Below, one piece after another: positions 28,944 through 39,600 of a stretch of DNA of 41,472 nucleotides. Made by a program: the position numbers and the translations under genes. The notes below the pieces were generated by a model that worked only from the letters and a program-made list of their open reading frames with translations, made no database searches and was not told the origin of the DNA. The stretch comes from Calcarisporiella thermophila CBS 279.70 (taxonomy: Eukaryota; Fungi; Calcarisporiellomycota): assembly GCF_041956535.1 (NCBI RefSeq), contig NW_027192206.1, positions 619,763 through 661,234 of the forward strand, written 5' to 3'. The stretch's first letter is position 1. The number at the start of each line of letters is the position of its first letter.

Positions 28944-29427
28944 GATTTATCACGCATTGTTGCGTCGAATAATAGACTAATAAGGTCTATCCTGACAATC
29001 CTCTAGCTATCCCTAAGCTCTTGATTGTCCTTCCGTAAACACTTCAGAAGGCTAATAAACGACACAAAGTGGATTGTAAAGTAATCCGGTTCTATCCCAA
29101 AACAAAAATAGCACACTTTTTATTGTAAACAAAGATGTTTCCCTTTTATACTAAAGATAACGTACCACAAACATAAATGTAAACAATATAATAAAAATAT
29201 AATGAGGTAATCAAGGAAAAATATGTTAACCGTAACCGTAAGCTAATAAATATACTAATAAAACCATCCCAAGGACTTAAAGAAGTGTAAAAGAAAAATA
29301 AGCCACCAAAACCAAGCCTCCTTTCCTCCTACTGCGCCATAATTCCATATTGTGCCAATTCTCCTCACAACAGCATTTTATTTTAGATGAAGTCTATATC
29401 AGATAATTCATTCCTATTTGAACTCCG

Positions 29428-29443
29428 ACTAGGTTGCGGATTC
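29428..29443 (+). repeat. Target-site duplication, left copy (right copy 30415-30430)
   Basis: ACTAGGTTGCGGATTC vs ACTAGGTTGTGGATTC, 15/16 identical. Confidence 0.85.
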
Positions 29444-30414
29444 CTGGCCGGCAGGCCTGTCGTAGAATACTCCACCCGACAAGGACGGCACTTCCGGCGC
29501 AACGGCTCTCTAGAGCCGAACATATTGGTGCCTCAATCCTGGCCAGAGGCCGGATCTACACCCGAGGATTGGAAGAAAATCTGGACTTCCGTCCACAAAC
29601 GACCCACCCTCCCAAAACACCGTGCGCTACGCTGGCGGATTCTTGTGGAACGAGTGATCACTAACTCGACATTTCCTGGTCACGACCCGAAGTGCACCCG
29701 ATGTAACGCCTCAAGAGACACAACTCGTCACACTTTCTTCGAATGTCCTGAACTCACACCAGTATGGCAATGGGCGGAGAGGTGCATCGTCACCATCACA
29801 GGCCCCCAGAATACTCCGGTGCTGACTGCTCGCAACCTCATACTAGGAGACTTCACGGAATCCTCGAGAACAGCGAGAAACGTAGCCCGAATTACTTTTG
29901 ACTCGGTGTTATGGCAAATTCACCGAGATCGGATCGCCTTTTATTTCGAAAGCACCCGAGCCTCACCCGAAATAATCATCAACCGGGCCAAACTAGATAT
30001 TGAGGAAGTGATAGGAGCCGAACTAATCCGAGCACGAAAAAACCGGCAAATCGAACAGTTTCGAAGAATATGGTGCAAGCTGGGTGCGGTTAGAGAAGGA
30101 GCGATCGGAGCGGCACTGATACTGGGATAACGCAGTAATCCCTACCTTATCCCCTTCCTATCCTCTGCTTCCACTTGTTTACTCCCCACCCCACTTCTCA
30201 TGTTATCCTTTGATATCTACAGTTAGTTGAGTTTCACCATTCCCTTACCTATTTGAGCTGAAAGTCGATATGACCAACATATCATTTCGATCTACGATAT
30301 CACACAAAGCTTTAACTTTGGCTTCCCTTTCAGTTTATTGCTTATACTAATGTAACAATTGTATTTTAGAGTCTCCCTATACAATAAAGACTCGGCATTG
30401 ATCAAAAGAAAAAA
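29444..30414 (+). mobile_element. 5'-truncated L1/Tx1-like non-LTR retrotransposon (zf-RVT C-terminus, 3' UTR, A tail)
   Basis: WKKIW...LPKHRALRWRIL...CTRC...DTTRHTFFECP...W zf-RVT motif to stop at 30130; AATAAA at ~30383; A-rich tail to 30414; flanked by near-identical 16-nt direct repeats. Confidence 0.85.
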
Positions 30415-30689
30415 ACTAGGTTGTGGATTCGATTCCTGTAGACGTCGCCTTTCCATGAGAGTTTGTCGGGTTTTTCTCAGGACTCAACCGCTTTCAATAG
30501 TATAGCAACAAGTAAGTAATATAAAGCGGCTACAAAAATTAGGTAGCAAAAATCCTTAGAAGAAATCCAACCACAAAAATGGGATGCCAGGGGGCAGTAC
30601 CTGGGTGATTTTGACGTAGATGTCTACCCTTCCATTCCCCCCAGATAAAAATCGAGTGGTTGTAAAAAAATACATCCCAAGGGAGAAAA

Positions 30690-30948
30690 AAAAGGTTACA
30701 GTTTTGTTGTAACACAGGCCAGCAATCTGGAACGATAGATGATCCAGATTATCGATAATAATGGACAACGCCCAACCAAGCGAAATAGCACTCGCGGAGC
30801 AACTAGGACACGAGATGTAAAAATCGGTAGGTCCAAATAGTGGTCCGCGTCTATAAAGGATAAAAAAGAAGATTTCCAAGAGCTTTGGTGTAAAGGAATT
30901 TGGATACAAGTCCAAGGAGACGAAATATCCTTCATCCAACACACTTAG
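30690..30948 (+). pseudogene. Possible second, older LINE ORF2 C-terminal relic
   Basis: Broken reading AIWNDR*SRLS...KKEDFQELWCKGIWIQVQGDEISF* parallels the QIHRDR...QFRRIWCK end of the neighbouring LINE; followed by a T-rich tract. Confidence 0.35.
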
Positions 30949-31618
30949 CTCCAATATGACTATGTCGAATACCTTACCACCCGTATTCTTATTTTTTTTT
31001 TGTTGCTTTTTATTCTCTCTCTTTCTCCTTCTCATATTTTACTTTCTTCTCTCTTTGAAATAATAGGAAAGATATACACATTCTCTGTATACCCCCCAAT
31101 TCTTGCACGGATTTCTTGTTTTCTGATTTTTATCAATATACTTAATTAAGAACGAAAAAGGACACTTTTTAATAAATATCCACTTCACAAAAAAATTGTT
31201 GTTTAACAGGCTCCATCCTAAGGTCCATGATAAGCCCTGAACAAGCATGCAAAAGTATGAATAACTCTTCCGATTCCACAAAGTAACAAAAGACAAAGAT
31301 CGACAAGTTTCCATGTTATTGCACGGCATCATGGTCTGGAGTATACATAAGACCAGGATCGCAATTGTCATGGACAGCCAAGAGCATGAGGACATCACTT
31401 TCAAGTATATCTTTATATCAGACCTTCTCATAGCAATCAAAGGACAATGGATACAAGCACAGAGGAAGAAAGCTGAAGAAAACTCTTAACCTAATCTAAT
31501 GGTTTTATATGTTTGATCAATGCTCTTCATAATGAAGAGAGGCGGTATCTCGAAGTATTTCACGAAAGGGAAGCGGTTTGCCAACTTCACAAATGAATCG
31601 ACAGAGAGTCGCATTGAG

Positions 31619-31659
31619 TAGGATTTAACCACTAGGGATTTCCTAGTGGTTAAATCCTA
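31619..31659. repeat. Perfect 18-bp inverted repeat with 5-nt spacer
   Basis: TAGGATTTAACCACTAGG-GATTT-CCTAGTGGTTAAATCCTA. Confidence 0.95.
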
Positions 31660-32358
31660 TTTAATGAAAGAATGAAAGAATGAGGCTGTTGAGAAGCTTA
31701 CAACCATAACCGGACTTGAATTATCCACTATGCCAGCCAAAGAAGCCCCGAAATCAAGACAGTGAGCCCTCAAAAATTCCTGGCTTCCCAGAAGCACATG
31801 AAGTTCGACTTTTGTATCGCTAAATCGCCCACGCGGAATGAGCAGCCATCTCGGAAATCTGTCTTTAAACCAAGAGTCCCTCTAATACTAAGGGACTCCT
31901 TAAGGCAAAAGCATCCGGTAATCCCAAAGGAACATGAGCTTAAATGTTTATTATAGCGACAGCAAATGTCGTTCTCCGTCAGCATCTTTGCTCTCTTCCT
32001 ATCAAATGATAAGGAAGAGTAAAAAATATTTTCCATCTCATTAAACTTTTTATACTCTTAACCATTCATATCAATCAGCTTTAGCAATCTATCTGCTTTC
32101 TTCTCACTTGAGTATCTTAAGGTTTTTGAGGTATTGGAACGGGCTTGAATACCGCTTCCCTCAGTACTCTTTTAAGACAACTAAAAAAAAAGTTATGTTT
32201 GAAACGTAAATATCTTTATAAATCTAAGAACACTTTTTTCAGGCTGTTCAGCTAAAATTATATAAAATTTAGCTGTTTTCTTGGATACCAGTATGCTCAA
32301 CTAATTATTGCATTTTATAGTATATATACCAGTAATTATGATAAAATATCTTTGCAAT

Positions 32359-33879
32359 TCATAAATTTGTTCCATAACAATGGGGCCGTAACCTGGCGTC
32401 TCTCCATGCTCTGAGCACTCGAAATCCATTTATCGCACGTAGCTGTCCAACACTGTCGCTCTGCATTTTATCTTCTGTCTCTGTTATGTATTCATTCACC
32501 GCATTTGATCGCAAACCAATGTGGCCAAGTTCCCCCTCGCCATTTGGAATTCGCAGTTCCCAGGTGCAAGGATCCTTGAGGTGATCCCGCCATACGTATC
32601 CATTGCACCATTTTATGGGCCTTTTTAAGTCACTCATTAGCCAAACAAAATGTCCCAGGCTACGTGCATGACCTCCAATAAAACTTGAAATTATCATCAC
32701 TGCTATTGCCCATAGGATTCCAATCCCGGCGGAAAAAATTAGACAATACATAGCAACGTTACTAATGCAGTCGGCAGCCATGCCGCCCTGCAGTAGCAGA
32801 TATGTTCGACCACCGACTTGTGAACCTGATCCAGCAACATCTAACGCCATCATCCGACTCAATTCTATGCTAGCCTTATTATCTTCAAGTTGATTCTCAT
32901 TTAAGTACCCTGATAAGGCTAGTCCGACCATTGTTGGCGGTCCAGACGCAACTTGATCGTATGGTAGAAATCTGCCAGCGAGTTTATAAGCAATCTGCAA
33001 CTGGTATCCTGGGTCATTATCTGCAGCAACTGCTTTGGAAATCACAATATTATACGTGCATTTTGCCACGCCCGGGGGACCACCAGCTATACTAAGTGAT
33101 AAGCTACCACTGTGGCGTCTTTGTATGGGGTCAAACGGCTGGTTGGAAGATTGAACAACCAATTTATCAAAGCTATTTCCAGAGGTTTTTAAAGCATTTC
33201 GTAAGTCAGTGAGATTGCTGCAGTGCACCTCTGCTTCAACGTCCCATCGTTGATCTAGATCTGGAACGCACGCTGCATTTTCTGTACTCAGCGATACTGC
33301 TCTTGCTGGGCAGTAGGCTGAGCTAGCTGCACCTGCTCGAAACTTTGTCTCACCTCTTCCCTCAGCATATACTACCACTCCACCGGCTTCTACTCGCGCC
33401 CCAGTTTTAGCGTTTACTGTCCCTATCCCAGCCAAAGTCCTTATTTGTATGGTACGCATTTTGTCTAAACCTAACAAATTCCCCTCTATTCCACGTTCCA
33501 ATACACCCCAGGCTGGGATACTGATATTCTCCTTGACAATGCAAGTATTGGGGAGTAGATTGATCAAGATAGGCATGATTGAAATATAGATGGCAACTAT
33601 CAGCGCGAATAAGGCACGTACTCGCCCCGGTCCATAGCATGCAGTTTTGAAAGAACTAACAAGCCCAGGTGATGCATGGCAAGATAGCCATTCACCCCAC
33701 GCCAGTAATGCGCCCCTGTTTGTATACCCGGCTGGGAGAACAAGTTGGAAAGTTGCTGAAAGGGCATACCCATAGGCTGCACCACCAAGAGCCACCACAG
33801 CCTGCAACACCCATAGTGCATTGGTGGCAGCCACCCATAATCCATTAGCAGTCCAAGGAAATATTAACAAATGCTCCAT
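32359..33879 (-). CDS. Intronless 506-aa membrane protein of unknown function
   Basis: Long open frame in AT-rich surroundings; two N-terminal hydrophobic segments, a ~260-aa Cys-containing loop, one C-terminal TM helix and a ~100-aa tail. Confidence 0.7.
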   Translation of the reverse strand: MEHLLIFPWTANGLWVAATNALWVLQAVVALGGAAYGYALSATFQLVLPAGYTNRGALLAWGEWLSCHASPGLVSSFKTACYGPGRVRALFALIVAIYISIMPILINLLPNTCIVKENISIPAWGVLERGIEGNLLGLDKMRTIQIRTLAGIGTVNAKTGARVEAGGVVVYAEGRGETKFRAGAASSAYCPARAVSLSTENAACVPDLDQRWDVEAEVHCSNLTDLRNALKTSGNSFDKLVVQSSNQPFDPIQRRHSGSLSLSIAGGPPGVAKCTYNIVISKAVAADNDPGYQLQIAYKLAGRFLPYDQVASGPPTMVGLALSGYLNENQLEDNKASIELSRMMALDVAGSGSQVGGRTYLLLQGGMAADCISNVAMYCLIFSAGIGILWAIAVMIISSFIGGHARSLGHFVWLMSDLKRPIKWCNGYVWRDHLKDPCTWELRIPNGEGELGHIGLRSNAVNEYITETEDKMQSDSVGQLRAINGFRVLRAWRDARLRPHCYGTNL

Positions 33880-34681
33880 TTGTAACTAGGTACGTCTCTC
33901 ACTCGGACATTTAAAGCGACTATAAGGAAGCTATACTTATAATGCAACTTCCCTTGATGATGAAGTTGTATGCACAAGATTAGCTGTGATGCAACAAATA
34001 AGAAATTTGTTACGTAGTACTACTCTTATGTTCACTTGAGGGAGAAAGTATTACAAATTTTATTTACCAAAGAGGATAAGTAGTTATTCTATCGCAATTT
34101 TTCAAAATTTTGTATAAAAGAGCGAGCTAGTATGCTTCCTTTATATTTTCATGTATTCACTGATATATGAACCAACCCCAAGTACGAAAAGATGAACTAA
34201 CATTTTAAGCGAGACGCGAGATTTTTCTCATGGACAATCGATGGAAATTTTTTCTTAAACAGGTAATAGAAATTTTGACCGAAGTAAAGTTTTATGGCTG
34301 AAGATGAAATAAAAATCTAATAGTATCACGATCATTTATGATTTTATGGGCTATTCAATTATATCTGACTATTTTAATATATGAGAATTTAACGTAAATA
34401 TCAATAATATACTGTCTCAAACCACATCAAAAAAACACTCTAGTGGAAAGTATTTTAGATTTGATTTTTGTAGTTATAATTCGCATATTATGATATCTAG
34501 TAGCAAAGAAATTGTTATGAGACAAGACAGACTTCAATAAAGAGCTTTACTTAAATTCCGATAATGGGAGTTTAAAACTCGGGTTTGCCTTACCGATTTA
34601 TTATTCTCAAGCTTAGCATACGTGATGGGTTATGGGAAGTTTTGACAATTTTGATTGGATGTGCTGTTCTATCTGCTACTT

Positions 34682-34960
34682 TTAATATTCAGTGAATATC
34701 GGATCTAGGTGAGAATTTTCGCATAAATGAATCACTATTTTCTGATCAGCTGAGGTGACAAGAACTCGTGAACTTTGTTTATGTTGCTCCACCAGAAAAT
34801 CCACTATGGTTGCTACTGGGGTCAAGAATGGTGGTATATTGCACACTGCAGACCATGCGAGCCATTCCTTCTGCATTGATAGTTGTGTCGCTTCCCCAAT
34901 CTCTCTTTGCTGGATAGTAGACATTCCTATAACATGTAACTTGAGGAATACTCTTTGCAT
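34682..34960 (-). pseudogene. Possible relic of a DIRS-type tyrosine recombinase N-terminal (SAM-like) domain
   Basis: KEWLAWSAVCNIPPFLTPVATIVDFLVEQH resembles the WxxWCxxxxxxPxxxxxxxIxxFL pattern; no catalytic domain seen. Confidence 0.35.
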
Positions 34961-35601
34961 ACCCTTCTTTCCTAAGATGCGCCTAGCAATTAAATGCTAT
35001 AATATGATTTCTAAAAGATACTTATTTGTGCTGATGCTAAACGAATTAGCATTCTCGATATCCTTATCGAAACCATTAATTTCTTCTTTAAATGTGAGAA
35101 ACAATATTGACAGTAGTAATTTAAACATATTACACAGAATATTAGTTAGCTTTTTCGTTATTTATATAAAATCCAACAAAGACAGTGTATTACCAATGTT
35201 TGTTTGTTATAACAAGGTTCGTATGGTAGACAGATGATCTTAAAAAAAAATAGAGATCGGTGAGGAACAGAGAAATAATTTTTAAATAAAAATAGAAAAT
35301 CAAAAAGAATATGAAATTTCAGATTACATTATCATCAAATTAATAGTTAAACCATAACGAGATATTAACAATGACCTTATATCATATCATAAGAAAAGTG
35401 TAAGTGTGCCATCCTGTTACATCTGCTCTAAATAATCGAAAGTAGATTTACTAAACCACATGTCCATGTTACTCCTGCGCTTTCATTATATTAAAATTAT
35501 TCCCCTCTTTTGTAGTGCCTCTGGTTAACCTCTGCAATATAGTTATAATCCAATACGCATCATTTAAACTTCTGAAAAATATATAAAAATTAAACTCTGT
35601 C

Positions 35602-35673
35602 GGGCTCAACTGGGAATTGAACCCAGGACCTCTCCCACCCTAAGGGAGAATTATACCACTAAACCATTGAGCC
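35602..35673 (-). tRNA. tRNA-Pro(AGG), copy 2
   Basis: Identical 72 nt to copy 1 with different flanks; T-run about 12 nt downstream. Confidence 0.97.
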
Positions 35674-35689
35674 GACTTTTTACAATCTT

Positions 35690-36604
35690 NNNNNNNNNNN
35701 NNNNNNNNNNNNNNNNNNNNNNNNNNNNNNNNNNNNNNNNNNNNNNNNNNNNNNNNNNNNNNNNNNNNNNNNNNNNNNNNNNNNNNNNNNNNNNNNNNNN
35801 NNNNNNNNNNNNNNNNNNNNNNNNNNNNNNNNNNNNNNNNNNNNNNNNNNNNNNNNNNNNNNNNNNNNNNNNNNNNNNNNNNNNNNNNNNNNNNNNNNNN
35901 NNNNNNNNNNNNNNNNNNNNNNNNNNNNNNNNNNNNNNNNNNNNNNNNNNNNNNNNNNNNNNNNNNNNNNNNNNNNNNNNNNNNNNNNNNNNNNNNNNNN
36001 NNNNNNNNNNNNNNNNNNNNNNNNNNNNNNNNNNNNNNNNNNNNNNNNNNNNNNNNNNNNNNNNNNNNNNNNNNNNNNNNNNNNNNNNNNNNNNNNNNNN
36101 NNNNNNNNNNNNNNNNNNNNNNNNNNNNNNNNNNNNNNNNNNNNNNNNNNNNNNNNNNNNNNNNNNNNNNNNNNNNNNNNNNNNNNNNNNNNNNNNNNNN
36201 NNNNNNNNNNNNNNNNNNNNNNNNNNNNNNNNNNNNNNNNNNNNNNNNNNNNNNNNNNNNNNNNNNNNNNNNNNNNNNNNNNNNNNNNNNNNNNNNNNNN
36301 NNNNNNNNNNNNNNNNNNNNNNNNNNNNNNNNNNNNNNNNNNNNNNNNNNNNNNNNNNNNNNNNNNNNNNNNNNNNNNNNNNNNNNNNNNNNNNNNNNNN
36401 NNNNNNNNNNNNNNNNNNNNNNNNNNNNNNNNNNNNNNNNNNNNNNNNNNNNNNNNNNNNNNNNNNNNNNNNNNNNNNNNNNNNNNNNNNNNNNNNNNNN
36501 NNNNNNNNNNNNNNNNNNNNNNNNNNNNNNNNNNNNNNNNNNNNNNNNNNNNNNNNNNNNNNNNNNNNNNNNNNNNNNNNNNNNNNNNNNNNNNNNNNNN
36601 NNNN
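35690..36604. other. 915-nt N gap, probably containing the 5' LTR of the gypsy element
   Basis: Sequence resumes as CA-AATT-TGG... (LTR end plus PBS), and the window ends one base after the PPT. Gap content is inferred, not seen. Confidence 0.6.
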
Positions 36605-36610
36605 CAAATT

Positions 36611-36630
36611 TGGTGGGACGTGAGAGACTC
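36611..36630 (+). promoter_or_regulatory. Primer-binding site
   Basis: TGG-T-GGGACGT-GAGAG-ACTC is the reverse complement of a tRNA-like 3' end (GAGT CTCTC ACGTCCC A CCA). It does not match the neighbouring tRNA-Pro. Confidence 0.85.
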
Positions 36631-36684
36631 TTCAGACAACTAAAACCCTGAACGAATTCCTTAAGACGACCTAAGCGCAGTAAT

Positions 36685-39600
36685 ATGAGTACCCCTAGAG
36701 TAGTGGACAGACGCATCGCGACACCAACGCCGTGGTACGGTTCTCCTGCGGAAGACCCAGTGAGTTGGCTGCAAAACTTCGAAATGGTTAAGAAAGCCAA
36801 CGGTTGGTCGGACGAGACCGCATGTAATGTAGTGGGGTCATTGTGTCTGGGTAGCGCCGCTACTTGGTACCAGCGTAATGAAACAAAGTTGGACTCGTGG
36901 TTGAAATTCAGGGAGGAATTTCTGAAGTATTATCGTTCGGGAGTACGGAAGGAGATTTGGAGGACGGCGCTACGTACAAAGCGTCAGAGAGCGGACGAAT
37001 CGGTGGATTCAGTCGCATCCGAGGTTTTAACCCTTCTTGAGAGGCTCGGAATTCAAGGAAAAGAAGAGAGGATCCAATATTTCGTGGATGCTCTACGTCC
37101 TGAATTAGCCGCTCAAATATATCGAACGGAGCCGCAATCTCTCGAAGCGGCAATTGAGATCGCTCGCCGTGAAGAGCTGATCGAGATGCGAAGAAATAAT
37201 GGTACCAAGGAGCAGTACTATGGAGGGCAAGGTCTAGAACGAGGAAACTTGGAAGCGCAAGGAGGTTATTATCCTTATGGATACCCCCCCTGGACTATGC
37301 CAACGAACCCGTGGAATACGCTGCCAGGTTTAACGCATAGTATGCCTAATGTGTCAGCAGGCCGTCCTAATCCAGTTGAACCGAATAGGCTGGAAAAGCG
37401 ACTAGAAGATCTGACAGCGATGGTTGAATCATTGGCCTTGAACGCACTGCAACACACGCCTAAATCTAAGTCAAAGAAAGGAGATTCGCCTAACAGACGT
37501 GAAAATGATCAAGGTAAACGTCCGGGAAAGAACATCAAATGTAGGAGATGCCAGGAATGGGGCCATTATGCAAGCGAGTGTGAAGCCCCACGACCTGTCC
37601 CACGCCGTCGAGACTCCAAGGACGAAAATGAGTCAGCAAACTCTAGAACCTCTCCAGCAGTAGGTTCGGATGTACAAGCCACCAATTTACCAGTGAACGC
37701 AATGGAATTTATGACACCAAGGGACGTCACGGAACTTGATATTTTGGTGACCGAGCATGCGACTACAGGATCACGGGTGGAAGAAGTACGAGAGGTCGAT
37801 TCCAACGAGAAAGGTGAAGAGAGGGAGGTAAAATCGTCAATGGTGTCGAGAGAGAAAGAGGGAGCTACTATTCCCTCTGAATTGGATTCAGTTCCGCTCA
37901 AGGAAAGAGCATACTCAATTGCCGAGGACTTGACGACGGCCCCGGCGAACATCACGATAGGCCAGCTGTTGTGTCATTCCCCTTCGGTGCGACAAGAATT
38001 CATGGGTTTGTTGCGCAGAGTTACTTATGGAGTGAATACAGTTGACCTAGATATAGGATTGGAAGAGGATGAATTTGATACGGACGACTTCACAGCAGCC
38101 AGAGGTCGGATCACCATCAATAATCAACCAATCGAGGCCATATTTGATTCGGGTGCCGCAACGAGTGTTATCACTAAAGGACTGTTACGCAAGTTAAACC
38201 TCAGGATTGATCGACCAAGTCGCAAGTCGTTATCTACGATTGGTGGCGGAAAAATTCAAACGTTGGGATGGGTAACGAATGTACCGATCCAGGTAGAAGG
38301 TATTCCCGCTCCTATTGGGTTATTTGTTTTTGACCGAGAAGACGACTGTATTCTTCTTGGTAACAACTGGTTCAAAATCAACCACGCGTACCCTGACGTT
38401 GACCGCGATGAGTTGGTAATGCGTAGACCCTTCGGTAGGGTAGTGTCACGATTGCAATCCATAAACAAGCGGCGAACTCGCGATACAGCAGAATGTTATA
38501 GCTTGATGATCGCGGAAGAAACTTATGAAATGGAGAAAGAAGAGACAGCAGGATTGTCAGCCGATGAACAAGAAAAATTGAATGTCTTACTGGGGGAATA
38601 TGAAGACATATTCCGAGGACTTGGGAAGACCGAAACTGTAGAGCATCAGATCGAGACGGGAGCTGCGAAGCCAATCAAATGTGCACCTTATAGAGCAACT
38701 TGGCAAGATCAGGAAATTATCAAGCGAGAGGTAGAAGAGATGCTTGAGCAAGGGGTCATTGAGCCAGCTATATCCCCTTGGGCCTTCCCTGTGGTTCTGG
38801 TCCAGAAAAAGAATGGAAAAATACGCTTTTGTGTCAACTTCCGGAAACTCAACGACGTAACGAAGAAAGACACATACCCCCTGCCACATATCAACGATAT
38901 ATTCGATGCTCTACATGGAGCCACGGTATTCTCCACGCTGGATGCTGCCAGTGGATACTGGCAGGTGGCGTTAAGGAAGGAAGATAAGCCAAAGGCAACG
39001 TTTGTAACGAGATTCGGCACGTACCAATTTCGCGTCATGCCTTTTGGGTTATGTAATGCGCCAGCTACTTTTCAACGACTTATGGAGCATGTTTTGGACG
39101 GAATGCTCTGGAAGAGTGTCGTGGTCTTTATTGACGACATTAACGTATATTCACGGACATTTGACGAGCATTTGGAGCACCTCCGTGCGGTATTTCAGCG
39201 ACTCAAGGAGCACAATTTAAGGCTAAACCGGGACAAATGTCGATTTGGGCAGAGACAACTGAAGTATTTGGGACACACGATATCGGCAGGAGGTATAGCG
39301 GTGGATGAATCGAAGGTGGAGAAGTTGATGCGTATGCCGCGTCCGCAATCTATAAGAGATGTCAGGTGTTTTCTCGGTCTAGCAAGCTATTATCGACGAT
39401 TTATCCCCAGGTTCAGCAATATAGCAATACCTTTGCACCAGCTTACATCCAAGGATCAACCTTGGCGATGGAGGGAAGACATCGAGGAAAAGGCTTACCA
39501 AACGTTACGAGCGGCGTTAACCAAACCACCAGTGTTGGCATATCCTAACCCAGATCTGAACAGAGAGTTCCATTTGATTACAGATGCAAGTGGCGAGGGA

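Noticed and set aside
29387-29443. ATG 29387 as start of a 247-aa gene
   Set aside because: The first 19 codons are target-site DNA up to and including the TSD; the frame is a chance fusion to a truncated LINE.
28872-35673. Two identical tRNA-Pro genes as attL/attR of an integrative island
   Set aside because: Both are complete genes with their own T-runs and unrelated flanks, there is no intact recombinase between them, and identical tRNA copies are normal in eukaryotes.
35640-36800. Long ORFs of X residues
   Set aside because: Artefacts of translating the 915-nt N gap.
39118-39150. FIDD instead of YxDD in RT as an inactivating change
   Set aside because: FIDD is a common natural variant in Ty3/gypsy RTs.
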